59,289 nucleotides of DNA. Source: Oscillospiraceae bacterium (GTDB lineage Bacteria; Bacillota; Clostridia; Oscillospirales; Oscillospiraceae). Both the position numbers and the translations under genes were made by a program. Numbering within the stretch: the first letter of the stretch is position 1; every line of letters starts with the position of its first letter. The notes under the pieces were generated by a model. That model did no database searches, had not been told where the DNA came from, and saw nothing but the letters and a program-made list of their open reading frames with translations. Location: the NCBI GenBank assembly GCA_021771265.1, contig JAETPK010000001.1, positions 1 to 59,289 on the forward strand. Direction: 5' to 3'. This document shows, piece after piece, positions 28,427-38,538 of this stretch.

Positions 28427-31400
28427 ATGAGAAGACACGGACTGAAAAAGGGCCTGTCCCTGCTGCTGGCCTTTTGCATGATCCTGAGCCTGCTGCCCAT
28501 GACGGCACTGGCGGATGAGATCAGCGAGGAGCCCGGCGCCGCCGTGGAGGAACAGTCCCCCGCATCCGGCGATACAACGGCCGCGGGCACCGGCGAGGAG
28601 CAGGCTGGCGAGACCGGCGAGACCGGTGAAGCCACCGAGCCCGCGGACCCCAGCGCTCCCACGGAGCCTGATACTGGCAACACCGCGGAGCCCGGCGAGG
28701 GCGAGACCGGCGAAGCCACCGAACCCACGGACCCCAGCGCTCCCACGGAGCCTGCGGAGCCCACGGAGCCCGGTGAAGGCGACCCCAGCGTCCCTGCCGA
28801 CCCCAGCACCGGCGAGCAGCCCGCTGCTGGCGAGGAAGAGGGCGAGAAGACCTTCGAAGAGCAGGTCGGCGACGAGCTGTCTCCCATCACCGGCGAAAAG
28901 ACGCCGGAGCAGATCGCGGAGGAAGAAGCCCTCAAGGCCGCTGAGGAAGAGCGGGCCCGGCAGGAAGCGGCAGCCGCGGAAGCCATTGCCAAGGCGGAAG
29001 CAGAGGCCGCTGCCGCTGAGCTGGAAGCGGCTTTCACGGTGGAAGAGAAGAAGTCTGCCCGGGACACCGGTGATGACGGCTTCTATAAGATCGTCCACCT
29101 GGACGCCGGCCGCAAATATTTCAGCGTGGACAGTATCAAGGCCATCATCGACAATATGGCCGACGCCGGCTATAACCAGCTGGAGCTGTATCTGTCCGAC
29201 AACCAGGGCTTCCGCTTTGCCCTGGATGACATGACCATCGAGACGACATACGGCACCTATGATTTGAGCACTGCCTTGGGCGAAGGTCCCTCTGGCGGTG
29301 ATGGTAGCGGCGAATACCTGGACGAAGCTGACATGGACGAGATCATCGCCTACGCCAAGGCGAACCATATCGAGATCGTCCCCTGCATCAACACCCCGGG
29401 CCACATGGGCGCCATTTTGGAGGCGTTCCCGGAGTTCCGTTACAGCAGCTCCAAGAGCTCCATCGACCTGGAGGACCCCGAGGCCGTGGCTTTTGCCCTG
29501 GCCATCGTGGCCAAGTACGCCGACTATTTCAGCAAAAAGGGCTGCGACTTCTTCAATATCGGCGCGGATGAGTATGCCAATGACCTGTCTTCCACCATGG
29601 GCTTTGAGAGCCTGTATACCGCTGGCAAATACCAGCGCTTTGTGGACTATTTGAACGCCGCCGCCCAGATCGTTATCAACGAGGGCATGACCCCCCGCGC
29701 CTTCAACGACGGCATCTATTATAAGAATGACACCTCTTACAGCATCAACAAGGCCATCCAGGTCTGCTACTGGTCCTCTGGCTGGAACGGCTACAACGTG
29801 GCTTCCGCCGCGACCATCAGCCGGCAGGGCCATGACATGATCAACACCCACGGGGATTACTACTGGGTGCTGGGCAACAGCGGCTGGCAGTGCAGCGCCG
29901 ACAAGGCCTCCGGCTTTGCGTATCAGGATTTCCAGGGTAACAGCGGCCTTTCCGCTGATGGCGCCATGTTCTGCATCTGGTGCGACGTGGGCAATGCCGA
30001 CGGCCAGGACGGCGGCGCTCGGGTCGTTGCCAACACCGCTGACGTGATCGCGGCCTTTGGCGCCACCCTGCCTGTCCCTGATACCGGCAACGGCACGGCC
30101 GAGCATCCCTATGACCTGACGGTGGAGAAGAACCAGGATGTGCTTGTGGGCCTGAAGCTGGGCGAGTCCTGCTACCTCACTATGGGCAAAGACGTGGTTT
30201 GGATGACCAGCGATCCGGATGTGCTTCAGATCGAGGCTGTCAACGTGAGCGCGGCAGCCAGCACCTATGCGCTGGAGGAGAGCGGCGACGTGACTGCTGC
30301 CACCGTGAAGGTGACGGCGACCGGCATCGGTGAAGCTACCCTGACCGCTGACGCGTCGACCTTTGATGTCTCTGTTCGTGCAGCCAAGAGCAAGACTGTC
30401 ACCGTTACGGTGGAAGGGACCACCACTGTAACGGTCAGTGGTGCCAATTACGCCGGTACGTATATAACGGAAGACCCCGGTATTGCCACCGTTGAGGTGA
30501 CTGATACGGATGGCACGGGTTCGACCGTGGATTATAAACAGGCTTCTGTTACCTGTGGTGATTTGATTGATGCTCCTGCTGATAATTGGACAAAAACAGA
30601 TTATTATTATAAGGTAGGAGATACTTACTATCCCTTGTATGCGAAAAGAAGCGGATATTCTATTGGCAAAAAGACATATACATGGGGCTATTCCGCTTCA
30701 GATTCTTCTAATAATGTAACAGGAATTGACACGCAACAAGCGAATACTTACAACGAACCCAACATCAATGTTTATACTGCGTCGACTGTGGATGGGACTC
30801 CTGCCTCCACCACCATCACGTTCACAGGTGTGAGCGTCGGCACCACCTCTGTCATCATCGGCGACACGGAATATACCATCAATGTCCAAGCCGAGAATCT
30901 TTCTAACGTGACTCCCCTGACGGTGGAGTATTGGATCACCAACCGTCAGGTGACGGCAGACGGCGCGGAATCCAAGCAGATCACGGCGGAAGAAGCATAT
31001 GGCGAAAGCGGTGTATTGCTCAGCCAATTGATCCCTACCACTCCTATATTTGATAACCATGAGATGCTTTTGTGGAAGGGTACTCTCTTGACGTATGGCA
31101 ATCACCAAGTGGAACAAGGTGAAGACAAGACACAATCCGGCACGGACTTCACGTATATTCGTTACTGGGACAGCCAATGGGCGTATTCCGCCGATGGCAG
31201 GAACTGGACCAATGTGGCCGACGGTGACCAGATCGTGGCCTATTATCTCCAGAAGACTAAGGTAACGGACGAGGTTACGACGCAGGTGGTGGACTGGGGC
31301 CAGGATTATGCCGAGTGGAAGGGTGGCAGAGATAACCGCTGGTTCTGGGATAACTATGTGCAAAATGGCTCCAAGTTTGTCTTCTTGGACTTTGCCGTCG

Positions 31401-33223
31401 TGTATGAGAATGGCACGCAAAACCCCAGTAGCTTCCCCACAGATAACACATGGTTCTTCCATTTTGACGGGTGCTCTGCGCAAAATCCCCGTGTACTGGG
31501 CGCGATCACCTTTACTGAGAGTGCGGAATTCGAAATTTGGAAGGTGACAGTTCAGGATGGCACTTGCACAGGATATAGCAGTGTTAGCAGCTTTACGCCT
31601 AAGTATTCTGGCGAGGAAGTAGAGGTTTGGAATGTGGATACGTCCACTGAGGAACCGTGTATCGAATCTTTGACCTATACCGCAAACCGAAGCGGCAAAT
31701 TGGTCCGCATTTATATCCGGACCAAGATTACGGAGGACTCTTTGCAAGTCCGTTACGTCGACCAGACAACAGGACAAGAGTTCTATAATTATGGTATTGC
31801 CGTTCAGCAAGGAACTTATTTCGATGTGAACTTTAAGTTGAATGCCGACCAGACTCTGAGTAACAATACTGTTACAAACATTCTGGGCGTTGAGCAACCC
31901 GTTTCCGCAGACCTTTCCACTATGCCGGCCATCGGCGGTCAGTATCGGTATAGTAACTATACCTGTACAAAGGTGGAGCGCAGTGAGGACGGCAAGACGG
32001 TGACCCTGTACTATACCTTCAACGATACCCACAGCTTTGTGGTGGACTTTGGCCTGCCGCTGAGGATCACAGCAGCCGATTTGGGAATCACGGGTGACTG
32101 GACGAGTGTGACTGTAACCGGTGCGGAATATGGTACAGTGAAAGCAGGCATCGGCGAAGGCATCACTTATACACCCACCAGTGTTATGATGGGTATTGAG
32201 ACCCTGGATCTGACGCTGACACAAACTAAGGATGGTAGCTCTACTTCCAGCGCGCAAAAAATTTATATCTATCCCGCCACTACGGTGTATTATGAAGAGG
32301 GCTTCATGGTAAGCGGCGGCAGCAAGGGCACTGCCTTCCAGACCGCGGAGAAGGTTGGCGACAAGCGGAATGTCTATGGCTACGACCCCGCCTATAACAC
32401 GATGGCCCATACCACTGCTGAGCTGAAGGAAGGCGCTGACGCTGAATTCACCTTCACCGGCACCGGCGTGGATATCTACGCGGATTGCAGCACCGACACC
32501 GGCACCGTGATGATCCAGGTGACAGACCAAAACGGCGCTGTGGAAAAGCTGCTGGTGGTGAACACCGCCATGCTGGCCGGCGAGACTACCGCCACCAATG
32601 GCGCCAAGCAGGCTATCTCCGCGAAGAACGTTCCCATTGCCAGCATCGAGAGTCTCAGCTCCTCTCCCAAGGAGCACACGGTCACCATCACCCATGTGGG
32701 CAATACCAAACCCGTGTATCTGGATGGCTTCCGTGTCCATCAGACTTTGAAGTATAATACCGCCGCTTATGCCACGGACGGCGAATCCATCTCCAACATG
32801 GTGGAGCTCCGCGACCTAGTGATCCTGGGTGTCAATACGGATGCAGCCAATAGCAGTCAGGAGTACAAGGACCAGATCACCAAGACGGTGAAAGCTCAGG
32901 TTCTGAATACGGGTGCAAACGCCGCTCTGATCACGAATGTCACCAACGGCGCTGGCATCAACCAGAGCAACCTTGTGGATGTGCTGGATAAGGGCCCCAA
33001 GAACGAGATCTATCTGGGTGCTGGCGAGACGCTGGTGTTCAATGTCGACAATGATGCCCAGGTGGGCGTGAAGTGCCTGACCGACGATGCTGCTGGCACC
33101 GTCAATGGCAGGAGCGTCACCTCTCAGACAGACATGTTCTATGCGGTCAATGCCGGCCAGGTGACTATCACCAACATCGATACCGGCACGCTGGCCGTCA
33201 CGGAGCTGAAGTTCTGCAGCTGA
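28427..33223 (+). CDS. Large secreted GH20 beta-N-acetylhexosaminidase-domain protein with beta-rich C-terminal modules
   Basis: Signal peptide, acidic Pro/Glu linker, GH20 motifs HLDAGRKYFS, INTPGHM and FNIGADEY (catalytic DE); Ig-like Thr/Val-rich segments follow. Confidence 0.85.
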   Translation: MRRHGLKKGLSLLLAFCMILSLLPMTALADEISEEPGAAVEEQSPASGDTTAAGTGEEQAGETGETGEATEPADPSAPTEPDTGNTAEPGEGETGEATEPTDPSAPTEPAEPTEPGEGDPSVPADPSTGEQPAAGEEEGEKTFEEQVGDELSPITGEKTPEQIAEEEALKAAEEERARQEAAAAEAIAKAEAEAAAAELEAAFTVEEKKSARDTGDDGFYKIVHLDAGRKYFSVDSIKAIIDNMADAGYNQLELYLSDNQGFRFALDDMTIETTYGTYDLSTALGEGPSGGDGSGEYLDEADMDEIIAYAKANHIEIVPCINTPGHMGAILEAFPEFRYSSSKSSIDLEDPEAVAFALAIVAKYADYFSKKGCDFFNIGADEYANDLSSTMGFESLYTAGKYQRFVDYLNAAAQIVINEGMTPRAFNDGIYYKNDTSYSINKAIQVCYWSSGWNGYNVASAATISRQGHDMINTHGDYYWVLGNSGWQCSADKASGFAYQDFQGNSGLSADGAMFCIWCDVGNADGQDGGARVVANTADVIAAFGATLPVPDTGNGTAEHPYDLTVEKNQDVLVGLKLGESCYLTMGKDVVWMTSDPDVLQIEAVNVSAAASTYALEESGDVTAATVKVTATGIGEATLTADASTFDVSVRAAKSKTVTVTVEGTTTVTVSGANYAGTYITEDPGIATVEVTDTDGTGSTVDYKQASVTCGDLIDAPADNWTKTDYYYKVGDTYYPLYAKRSGYSIGKKTYTWGYSASDSSNNVTGIDTQQANTYNEPNINVYTASTVDGTPASTTITFTGVSVGTTSVIIGDTEYTINVQAENLSNVTPLTVEYWITNRQVTADGAESKQITAEEAYGESGVLLSQLIPTTPIFDNHEMLLWKGTLLTYGNHQVEQGEDKTQSGTDFTYIRYWDSQWAYSADGRNWTNVADGDQIVAYYLQKTKVTDEVTTQVVDWGQDYAEWKGGRDNRWFWDNYVQNGSKFVFLDFAVVYENGTQNPSSFPTDNTWFFHFDGCSAQNPRVLGAITFTESAEFEIWKVTVQDGTCTGYSSVSSFTPKYSGEEVEVWNVDTSTEEPCIESLTYTANRSGKLVRIYIRTKITEDSLQVRYVDQTTGQEFYNYGIAVQQGTYFDVNFKLNADQTLSNNTVTNILGVEQPVSADLSTMPAIGGQYRYSNYTCTKVERSEDGKTVTLYYTFNDTHSFVVDFGLPLRITAADLGITGDWTSVTVTGAEYGTVKAGIGEGITYTPTSVMMGIETLDLTLTQTKDGSSTSSAQKIYIYPATTVYYEEGFMVSGGSKGTAFQTAEKVGDKRNVYGYDPAYNTMAHTTAELKEGADAEFTFTGTGVDIYADCSTDTGTVMIQVTDQNGAVEKLLVVNTAMLAGETTATNGAKQAISAKNVPIASIESLSSSPKEHTVTITHVGNTKPVYLDGFRVHQTLKYNTAAYATDGESISNMVELRDLVILGVNTDAANSSQEYKDQITKTVKAQVLNTGANAALITNVTNGAGINQSNLVDVLDKGPKNEIYLGAGETLVFNVDNDAQVGVKCLTDDAAGTVNGRSVTSQTDMFYAVNAGQVTITNIDTGTLAVTELKFCS
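28616..28754 (+). repeat. 55-bp intragenic direct repeat (GETGEATEP.DPSAPTEP x2)
   Basis: Copies at 28616-28670 and 28700-28754 differ at 3 positions. Confidence 0.85.
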
Positions 33224-33249
33224 TGCTCCCGCAAATTTCCTGACAACGC

Positions 33250-33296
33250 AAAAACCGCCCCGCCGTGGAAGCTCCACGGCGGGGCGGTCTCTTTTA
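33250..33296. terminator. Bidirectional terminator between GH20 and alr-like genes
   Basis: ACCGCCCCGCCGTGGA-AGC-TCCACGGCGGGGCGGT flanked by A and T tracts. Confidence 0.8.
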
Positions 33297-33300
33297 TTCC

Positions 33301-34455
33301 TCACGCCTCCCGGTAGACCCGGGGCACCCGGGCGCGGATATTGCAGGTGATGGCGCTGGGCCCCAGCCCCAGCGGCTGATACAGCCACTGGCAGGGCACG
33401 ACGTCCCCGCCGCTGCCGCCCAGAAGCAGCACTTCGTCCCCTTCGGCGGCGCCGGAACAGTCGGTGACATCCACCATGAACATGTCCATACACACCCGCC
33501 CTACCACGGGGCACACCTTCCCCCGGATGCGGACCCGGCCCAGGTTGGTCAGCTGCCGGAGGTATCCGTCGGCGTCCCCGGCGGTGACCACCGCCAGCAG
33601 CGTGTCCCGCCCGGTGACGGCCTGGCGGCTGTAGCTGACCGCCGTCCCGGCGGGAGCGGGTCGCACCATGGCCACTCGGGCCTTCCAGGTCATGACGGGC
33701 CGGAACGCCGCCGGCCGCGCCATGGCGCTCTCCGGCAGAAGGCCGTACAGCACGGTGCCCGCCCGGCACATGTCCAGGGCGTATTCCGGGGAGTTCACCG
33801 TGGCGGGGGAGTTGCAGCAGTGGCGCAGTCCCGGCCGGATGCCCCGCGCTTCCAGAGCCCGGCACAGGCGCAGAAAGCAGTCAAATTGGGCCTGGGTATA
33901 GGCCTCGTCCTCCGGGTCGTGACCGTAGGCGCTGGAAAAATGGGTGAAAATGCCCCGCACTGCCAGCCCCGGCGTCCGATACGCCGCCGCCGCGTCCTCC
34001 ACGGCCGCGGAAAAGGCCTCCCCGCGGCACAGGTAGCCGATGCGGGTCATGCCGGTGTCCAGCTTCAGGTGGCAGGGAACGGTGACGCCCGCCTCCGCCG
34101 CCCGGGCGGCCAGCTGGGCCGTGTAGCCGGGGGAGAGCAGCGTCTGGGTGATGTTTTCCGCCGCCAGCAGCGGCGCCGCCTCCGGCGGTGTGTGCCCCAG
34201 AATGAGGATCTCCTGGCGGATGCCCGCCCGCCGCAGCTCCAGCGCCTCGGACAGGCAGGCCACCCCGATGTGGTCCTCCGGGAACAGCCGCGCCAACACC
34301 CGGGCCGTGGGAACGGCGCCGTGGCCGTAGGCGTCGGCTTTCAAAATGTTCATCAGGCGGCAGCCGGGCGGCAGCAGCCGGTGCAGCTCCCGGCAGTTGT
34401 CCGCCAGGGCGGCCAGGTCGATCTCCGCCCAGCAACGGCTGGTGGTCAGGTCCAT
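33301..34455 (-). CDS. alr: Alanine racemase-family PLP enzyme
   Basis: WAEIDLAAL, ILKADAYGHG (PLP Lys), HLKLDTGMTRIG, GIFTHF, VSY (catalytic Tyr) and GRVCMD. Substrate is uncertain. Confidence 0.82.
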   Translation of the reverse strand: MDLTTSRCWAEIDLAALADNCRELHRLLPPGCRLMNILKADAYGHGAVPTARVLARLFPEDHIGVACLSEALELRRAGIRQEILILGHTPPEAAPLLAAENITQTLLSPGYTAQLAARAAEAGVTVPCHLKLDTGMTRIGYLCRGEAFSAAVEDAAAAYRTPGLAVRGIFTHFSSAYGHDPEDEAYTQAQFDCFLRLCRALEARGIRPGLRHCCNSPATVNSPEYALDMCRAGTVLYGLLPESAMARPAAFRPVMTWKARVAMVRPAPAGTAVSYSRQAVTGRDTLLAVVTAGDADGYLRQLTNLGRVRIRGKVCPVVGRVCMDMFMVDVTDCSGAAEGDEVLLLGGSGGDVVPCQWLYQPLGLGPSAITCNIRARVPRVYREA

Positions 34456-34553
34456 AAAGACAGCTCCTTTCTTCCAATATGACAGCTGCCGGCCAACCAC
34501 TGTCGTGGCGGCCGGCGGCTGTCGAGGGGTGAGAAGAGAGAGGTGAGAGTAAT

Positions 34554-35918
34554 TTATTTCAGAGCGATGACTTCGTCATCCTCGTCGTACATCTTGATGT
34601 TTTCCTTCTCCTCCTTGGTTCTCAGCAGGCCAAACTGAATGGTGCAGATGGCGACGATGGCCAGGATGAAGCAGTAGAAGTTGGCGCCGATGACAGCGAA
34701 GGGGGACAGGCCCGTCAAAGAGATGCACAGCAGGACCTGGCCGCCGTGGGGGATGAGGCCCTGTACGACGCAGGAGAAAATGTCCAGCAGGGAGGCAACG
34801 CGCTTGGGAGCCACATTGTGCTCCGCCACCACCTTGCGGACCAGGGGCGCGGCCATCATGATGGCGATGGTGTTGTTGGCCAGAGCGGCGTCAAACACGG
34901 ACACCATACCGGCGGTCATGTACTCAGCGCCCTTACGGGATTTGACGCTGGCGTGCATTTTCCGCACCAGCCAGTCGATGGCGCCCAGCTCTTCCGCCAC
35001 ACCGCCGACGCCGCGCAGCAGCAGAGCAATGAGGCAGATGTCATACATGCCGCTCATGCCGCCGCCCATAGCCTGGGCGAAGCCGGGAACGTCAAAGGAG
35101 CCGGTGGCAAAGCCGATGGCGCCGGCCACGGCAATGCCGGAGAGCAGCAGCACGAACACGTTGCAGCCGGTCAGGGCGAATACCAGAATGAAGATGTAGG
35201 GCACGACCTTGATGATGTCATAGGAGAAGTCGCCGGTCAGCTCGGCGGCGCTGCCCACGATGGTGTAAACGATGATGGCCAAAACGGCGGCGACGGCGGC
35301 AATGAGGCCGTTCATCTTGAACTTGTCCCGCATCTCGCAGCCGCAGCCGCGGGTGGCGGCGATGGTGGTGTCGGAGATCATGGACAGGTTGTCACCGAAC
35401 ATGGCGCCGCCCAGAACGGTGCCGATGGCGAAGGCCATGTTCATGCCTGCGCTTTCAGCGACGGCCACAGCAATGGGGCCGACGGCGGAGATGGTGCCCA
35501 TGGAGGTGCCCATGGCGGTGGCCATGAATGCCGAGATCAGGAACAGGCCGGCAAACAGAAACTGGGTGGGAACGAGGCTCAGACCCAGGTTCGCGGTGGC
35601 CTGCACGCCGCCCATGGCTTTGGCAACGCCGGAGAACGCACCGGCCAGCAGGAAGACCATGATCATGATCATGGTGCCCTGGTTGCTCATGCCCTTGCAG
35701 AAGGTGTCCATCCGGAATTCCAGATTGCGTTCCTTGCCGCCCATGACCATGCATACCAGCAGGGCGCCCACCAGAGCGGCCATGCGGGGGATCTGCTTGA
35801 AGGAGTCGCCGCCGTAGCCCATGGCAGTGAAGATGAGGCCGCCGCCCAGATAGATGGCCAGGAATGTCAGCAGGGGGAGAAAGCCTTTCCAACCGTAATC
35901 TTTTTTCTTAGTTTCCAC
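34554..35918 (-). CDS. NhaC-family transporter (MetT-like amino acid transporter)
   Basis: FLLAGAF, AMGTSMGTI, GGAMFGDNLSMISDTTIAATR, ANNTIAI and SLLDIFSC. GTG start with an AAGGA RBS; the track ORF is over-extended. Confidence 0.85.
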   Translation of the reverse strand: METKKKDYGWKGFLPLLTFLAIYLGGGLIFTAMGYGGDSFKQIPRMAALVGALLVCMVMGGKERNLEFRMDTFCKGMSNQGTMIMIMVFLLAGAFSGVAKAMGGVQATANLGLSLVPTQFLFAGLFLISAFMATAMGTSMGTISAVGPIAVAVAESAGMNMAFAIGTVLGGAMFGDNLSMISDTTIAATRGCGCEMRDKFKMNGLIAAVAAVLAIIVYTIVGSAAELTGDFSYDIIKVVPYIFILVFALTGCNVFVLLLSGIAVAGAIGFATGSFDVPGFAQAMGGGMSGMYDICLIALLLRGVGGVAEELGAIDWLVRKMHASVKSRKGAEYMTAGMVSVFDAALANNTIAIMMAAPLVRKVVAEHNVAPKRVASLLDIFSCVVQGLIPHGGQVLLCISLTGLSPFAVIGANFYCFILAIVAICTIQFGLLRTKEEKENIKMYDEDDEVIALK

Positions 35919-35982
35919 AGATATTCGCGTCCTTTCTCTCTTGTAAATTGAGGTGTCGAGGAGCCTGCGGGATGAGGAACGC

Positions 35983-37206
35983 TTAGATCTTGGCAAACGC
36001 CTGCTCGAAGTCGTTGATGAGGTCCCTGGCGGATTCCAGGCCGACGGACAGACGGACCAAACCGTCGGTGATACCGGCGGCCAGACGGTCAGCGGGGGAG
36101 ACACCGGCGTGGGTCATGCTGGCGGGGTGCTCAATGAGGGTGTCGGGGTCGCCCAGAGAAACGGCGATGGCGGGGATGGTCAGGTTGTTCAGCAGCTTCT
36201 TGCCGGCCTCAAAGCTGCTCAGGCCCTTCACGTCGTCCTTCAGCTCGAAGCTCAGAATGCCGCCGAAGAGGCCGTTTTCCATCTGCTTGCAGGCCAGCTC
36301 GTGGCTGGGGCTGCTCTCCAGTCCGGGATAATAGACGGCCTTGACATAGGGATTGGTTTCCAGATATTTGGCGATGGCCATGGCGTTCTGGCAATGGCGC
36401 TCCACACGCAGAGCCAGGGTCTTCATGCCCCGCAGGACCAGGTAGCTGTTGAAGGGAGCGGGCGGGCAGCCGTTGATCTTGGTCATGCAGTTGGCACGGA
36501 TCTGCTTCATATCGGCGGCTTTGCCCACCACAACGCCGCCCAGGGCGTCGCCGTGGCCGTTGATGTACTTGGTGATGGAGTGGAGGACGATGTCAGCGCC
36601 CAGCTTCAGCACGTGCTGGATGGGAGGAGGCGCAAAGGTGCCGTCCACCACCACACGGATGTCGGGACCGGCCACGGCCTTGACAGCCGCCACGTCGGTG
36701 ACCTTGATCATGGGGTTGTTGGGGGTCTCGAAATAGATGATCTTGGTGTTGGGCTTGATGGCCGCCTTCAGGGCCTCCAGGTCGGAGGTATCCACCCGGG
36801 AGACCTCGATGCCCAGGTCGGGCAGGTTGGTGCTGGCCACATAGTTGGTGCCGCCGTACACGGAGTTATCGAAAATGATATGGTCGCCGGTCTTCAGGAA
36901 GGCCAGCATCACGGAGCCCACGGCACCCATACCGGAGGCGGTGGCCACGGCGTCCTCGCCGCCTTCCATGGCCGCGCACTTCAGCTCAAAGGCCCGGGTG
37001 GTGGGGTTGCCGCTGCGGGAATAGACGGGATGATAGCCGGGGATCTGATTGGCAAACTTGGCAGCGCCCTCTTCCACGGTATCAAAGCAGAAAGTGGAGG
37101 TCTGATAAATGGGGGTGGCCAGCGCGCCGTAAGCGCTGTCCGGGCCCTGGCCCGCATGGATGATCATAGTTTCGAAATCAACAGCGTTCAGATCGATCTT
37201 GCTCAT
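35983..37206 (-). CDS. Cys/Met metabolism PLP-dependent lyase (methionine gamma-lyase / cystathionine lyase-like)
   Basis: PIYQTSTF, YSRSGNPT, ASGMGA, FETPNNP, HSITKYINGHGD (PLP Lys), RGMKTL, AVSLG and RLSVGLE. Confidence 0.88.
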   Translation of the reverse strand: MSKIDLNAVDFETMIIHAGQGPDSAYGALATPIYQTSTFCFDTVEEGAAKFANQIPGYHPVYSRSGNPTTRAFELKCAAMEGGEDAVATASGMGAVGSVMLAFLKTGDHIIFDNSVYGGTNYVASTNLPDLGIEVSRVDTSDLEALKAAIKPNTKIIYFETPNNPMIKVTDVAAVKAVAGPDIRVVVDGTFAPPPIQHVLKLGADIVLHSITKYINGHGDALGGVVVGKAADMKQIRANCMTKINGCPPAPFNSYLVLRGMKTLALRVERHCQNAMAIAKYLETNPYVKAVYYPGLESSPSHELACKQMENGLFGGILSFELKDDVKGLSSFEAGKKLLNNLTIPAIAVSLGDPDTLIEHPASMTHAGVSPADRLAAGITDGLVRLSVGLESARDLINDFEQAFAKI

Positions 37207-37236
37207 GTTTGATTACCTCCTAAAAATTTGAAAATA

Positions 37237-37297
37237 ACATCAGACGTCTTACGTCTCACTATAATATTAGTTTAATGCAGACGTCGCCTTTTGTCAA
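37237..37297 (-). promoter_or_regulatory. Promoter and FadR/GntR-type operator upstream of the lyase operon
   Basis: Minus-strand TTGACA, 17 bp, TAAACT. ACATCAGACGTCTTACGTC (37237-37255) is nearly identical to 41987-42005. Confidence 0.6.
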
Positions 37298-37364
37298 CCA
37301 CGTGTACTGCCAAAGAAAAAACGGACTTTTTGTATAAAAAATACACAAAATGTACAGTGAGAGG

Positions 37365-38534
37365 TCAAATGACCGGGCCCATGCAGTAAATATCCATGGA
37401 CTTGCTGTAATAGATGCTCTCGCCCTTGCACTGCTCGCCGGAAAGGGTGCGCAGCAGCTTTTGATACAGCACCTCGCCGACTTCCTCAATGCTGCTCTTT
37501 CCCTGAATGATGAGACCGGCGTTCAGGTCCATGTCGTTGGACATGCGCGCATAGGTGTTGGGATTGCCGCAGATCTTAATGACCGGCAGGATGGGGAAGC
37601 CCTGGGGAGCGCCGCGGCCGGTGGAAAATGTGATGCACTGGGCGCCGCCGGCGGCCATACCGGTCAGGATCTCGATCTCCCGGCCCGGCGTGTCCTTGAT
37701 CCAGAGACCGCCCTTGCCGGCGCTCATTTCCGGATATTCCAGCACGCCCTCAATGGTCCGGGAGCCGGACTTCATGATGGCGCCCAGGGATTTTTCTTCA
37801 ATGGTGGTGAGACCGCCGGCGATGTTGCCGGGAGTGGGCTGCCCCTTCCGCATGTCACAGCCCAGGGACTTGGCACGGGTCTCCATGGCGTCTACCAGCC
37901 TGAGGATCTTTTCGCCCACCTCCGGGGTTCGGGCCCGCCGGGCCAGAATATGCTCCGCACCGATAAACTCTGTTACCTCGCCGAACATGACGGTGCCGCC
38001 CTGGTCCACGATCTTGTCCGCCACATAGCCGATGGCGCAGTTGCTGGCAAGGCCGGAGGTGGCGTCGGAGCCGCCGCATTTGATGCCCATGACGAAATGC
38101 GTCAGGTCAAAGGCTTCCCGCTGGAGGCCGGAGATGGCCATAGAGAGCCGCTGCGCCTTTTTGATGCCATCGGCGATAGCGTTGGCAGTGCCGCCGATCT
38201 CCTGGATGCGGACGATGTCATAGGGCTTGCCGCTTTTGGCCACCGCCTCCAGCAGCCGGTCCACATCAGTACCCTCGCAGCCCAGACTGACCACCAGCAC
38301 GGCGCCGGCGTTGGGATGACAGGCCAGGGAGATGAGGGTGTCCGTCACCCGCTCCAGGTCAGGGGGCAGCTGACAGCAGCCCTGGTGGTGCAGCAGCGGA
38401 CGGCAGTTCATGACCTGATTGCTGATGGCCTCCGCCACCTCATTGGCGCAGACAACACTGGGGACCACCGCTACGTAATTCCGGGAGCCCACTTTGCCGT
38501 CGGGACGCATATAACCGAAAAACATATCTGCCAT
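37365..38534 (-). CDS. UxaA/GarD-family dehydratase, large subunit
   Basis: GYMRPDGKVGSRN, HHQGCCQ, HPN, SLGCE, KCGGSDATSG, GNIAGGLTTIEEKSLG and FSTGRG. Confidence 0.88.
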   Translation of the reverse strand: MADMFFGYMRPDGKVGSRNYVAVVPSVVCANEVAEAISNQVMNCRPLLHHQGCCQLPPDLERVTDTLISLACHPNAGAVLVVSLGCEGTDVDRLLEAVAKSGKPYDIVRIQEIGGTANAIADGIKKAQRLSMAISGLQREAFDLTHFVMGIKCGGSDATSGLASNCAIGYVADKIVDQGGTVMFGEVTEFIGAEHILARRARTPEVGEKILRLVDAMETRAKSLGCDMRKGQPTPGNIAGGLTTIEEKSLGAIMKSGSRTIEGVLEYPEMSAGKGGLWIKDTPGREIEILTGMAAGGAQCITFSTGRGAPQGFPILPVIKICGNPNTYARMSNDMDLNAGLIIQGKSSIEEVGEVLYQKLLRTLSGEQCKGESIYYSKSMDIYCMGPVI

Positions 38535-38538
38535 ACTC

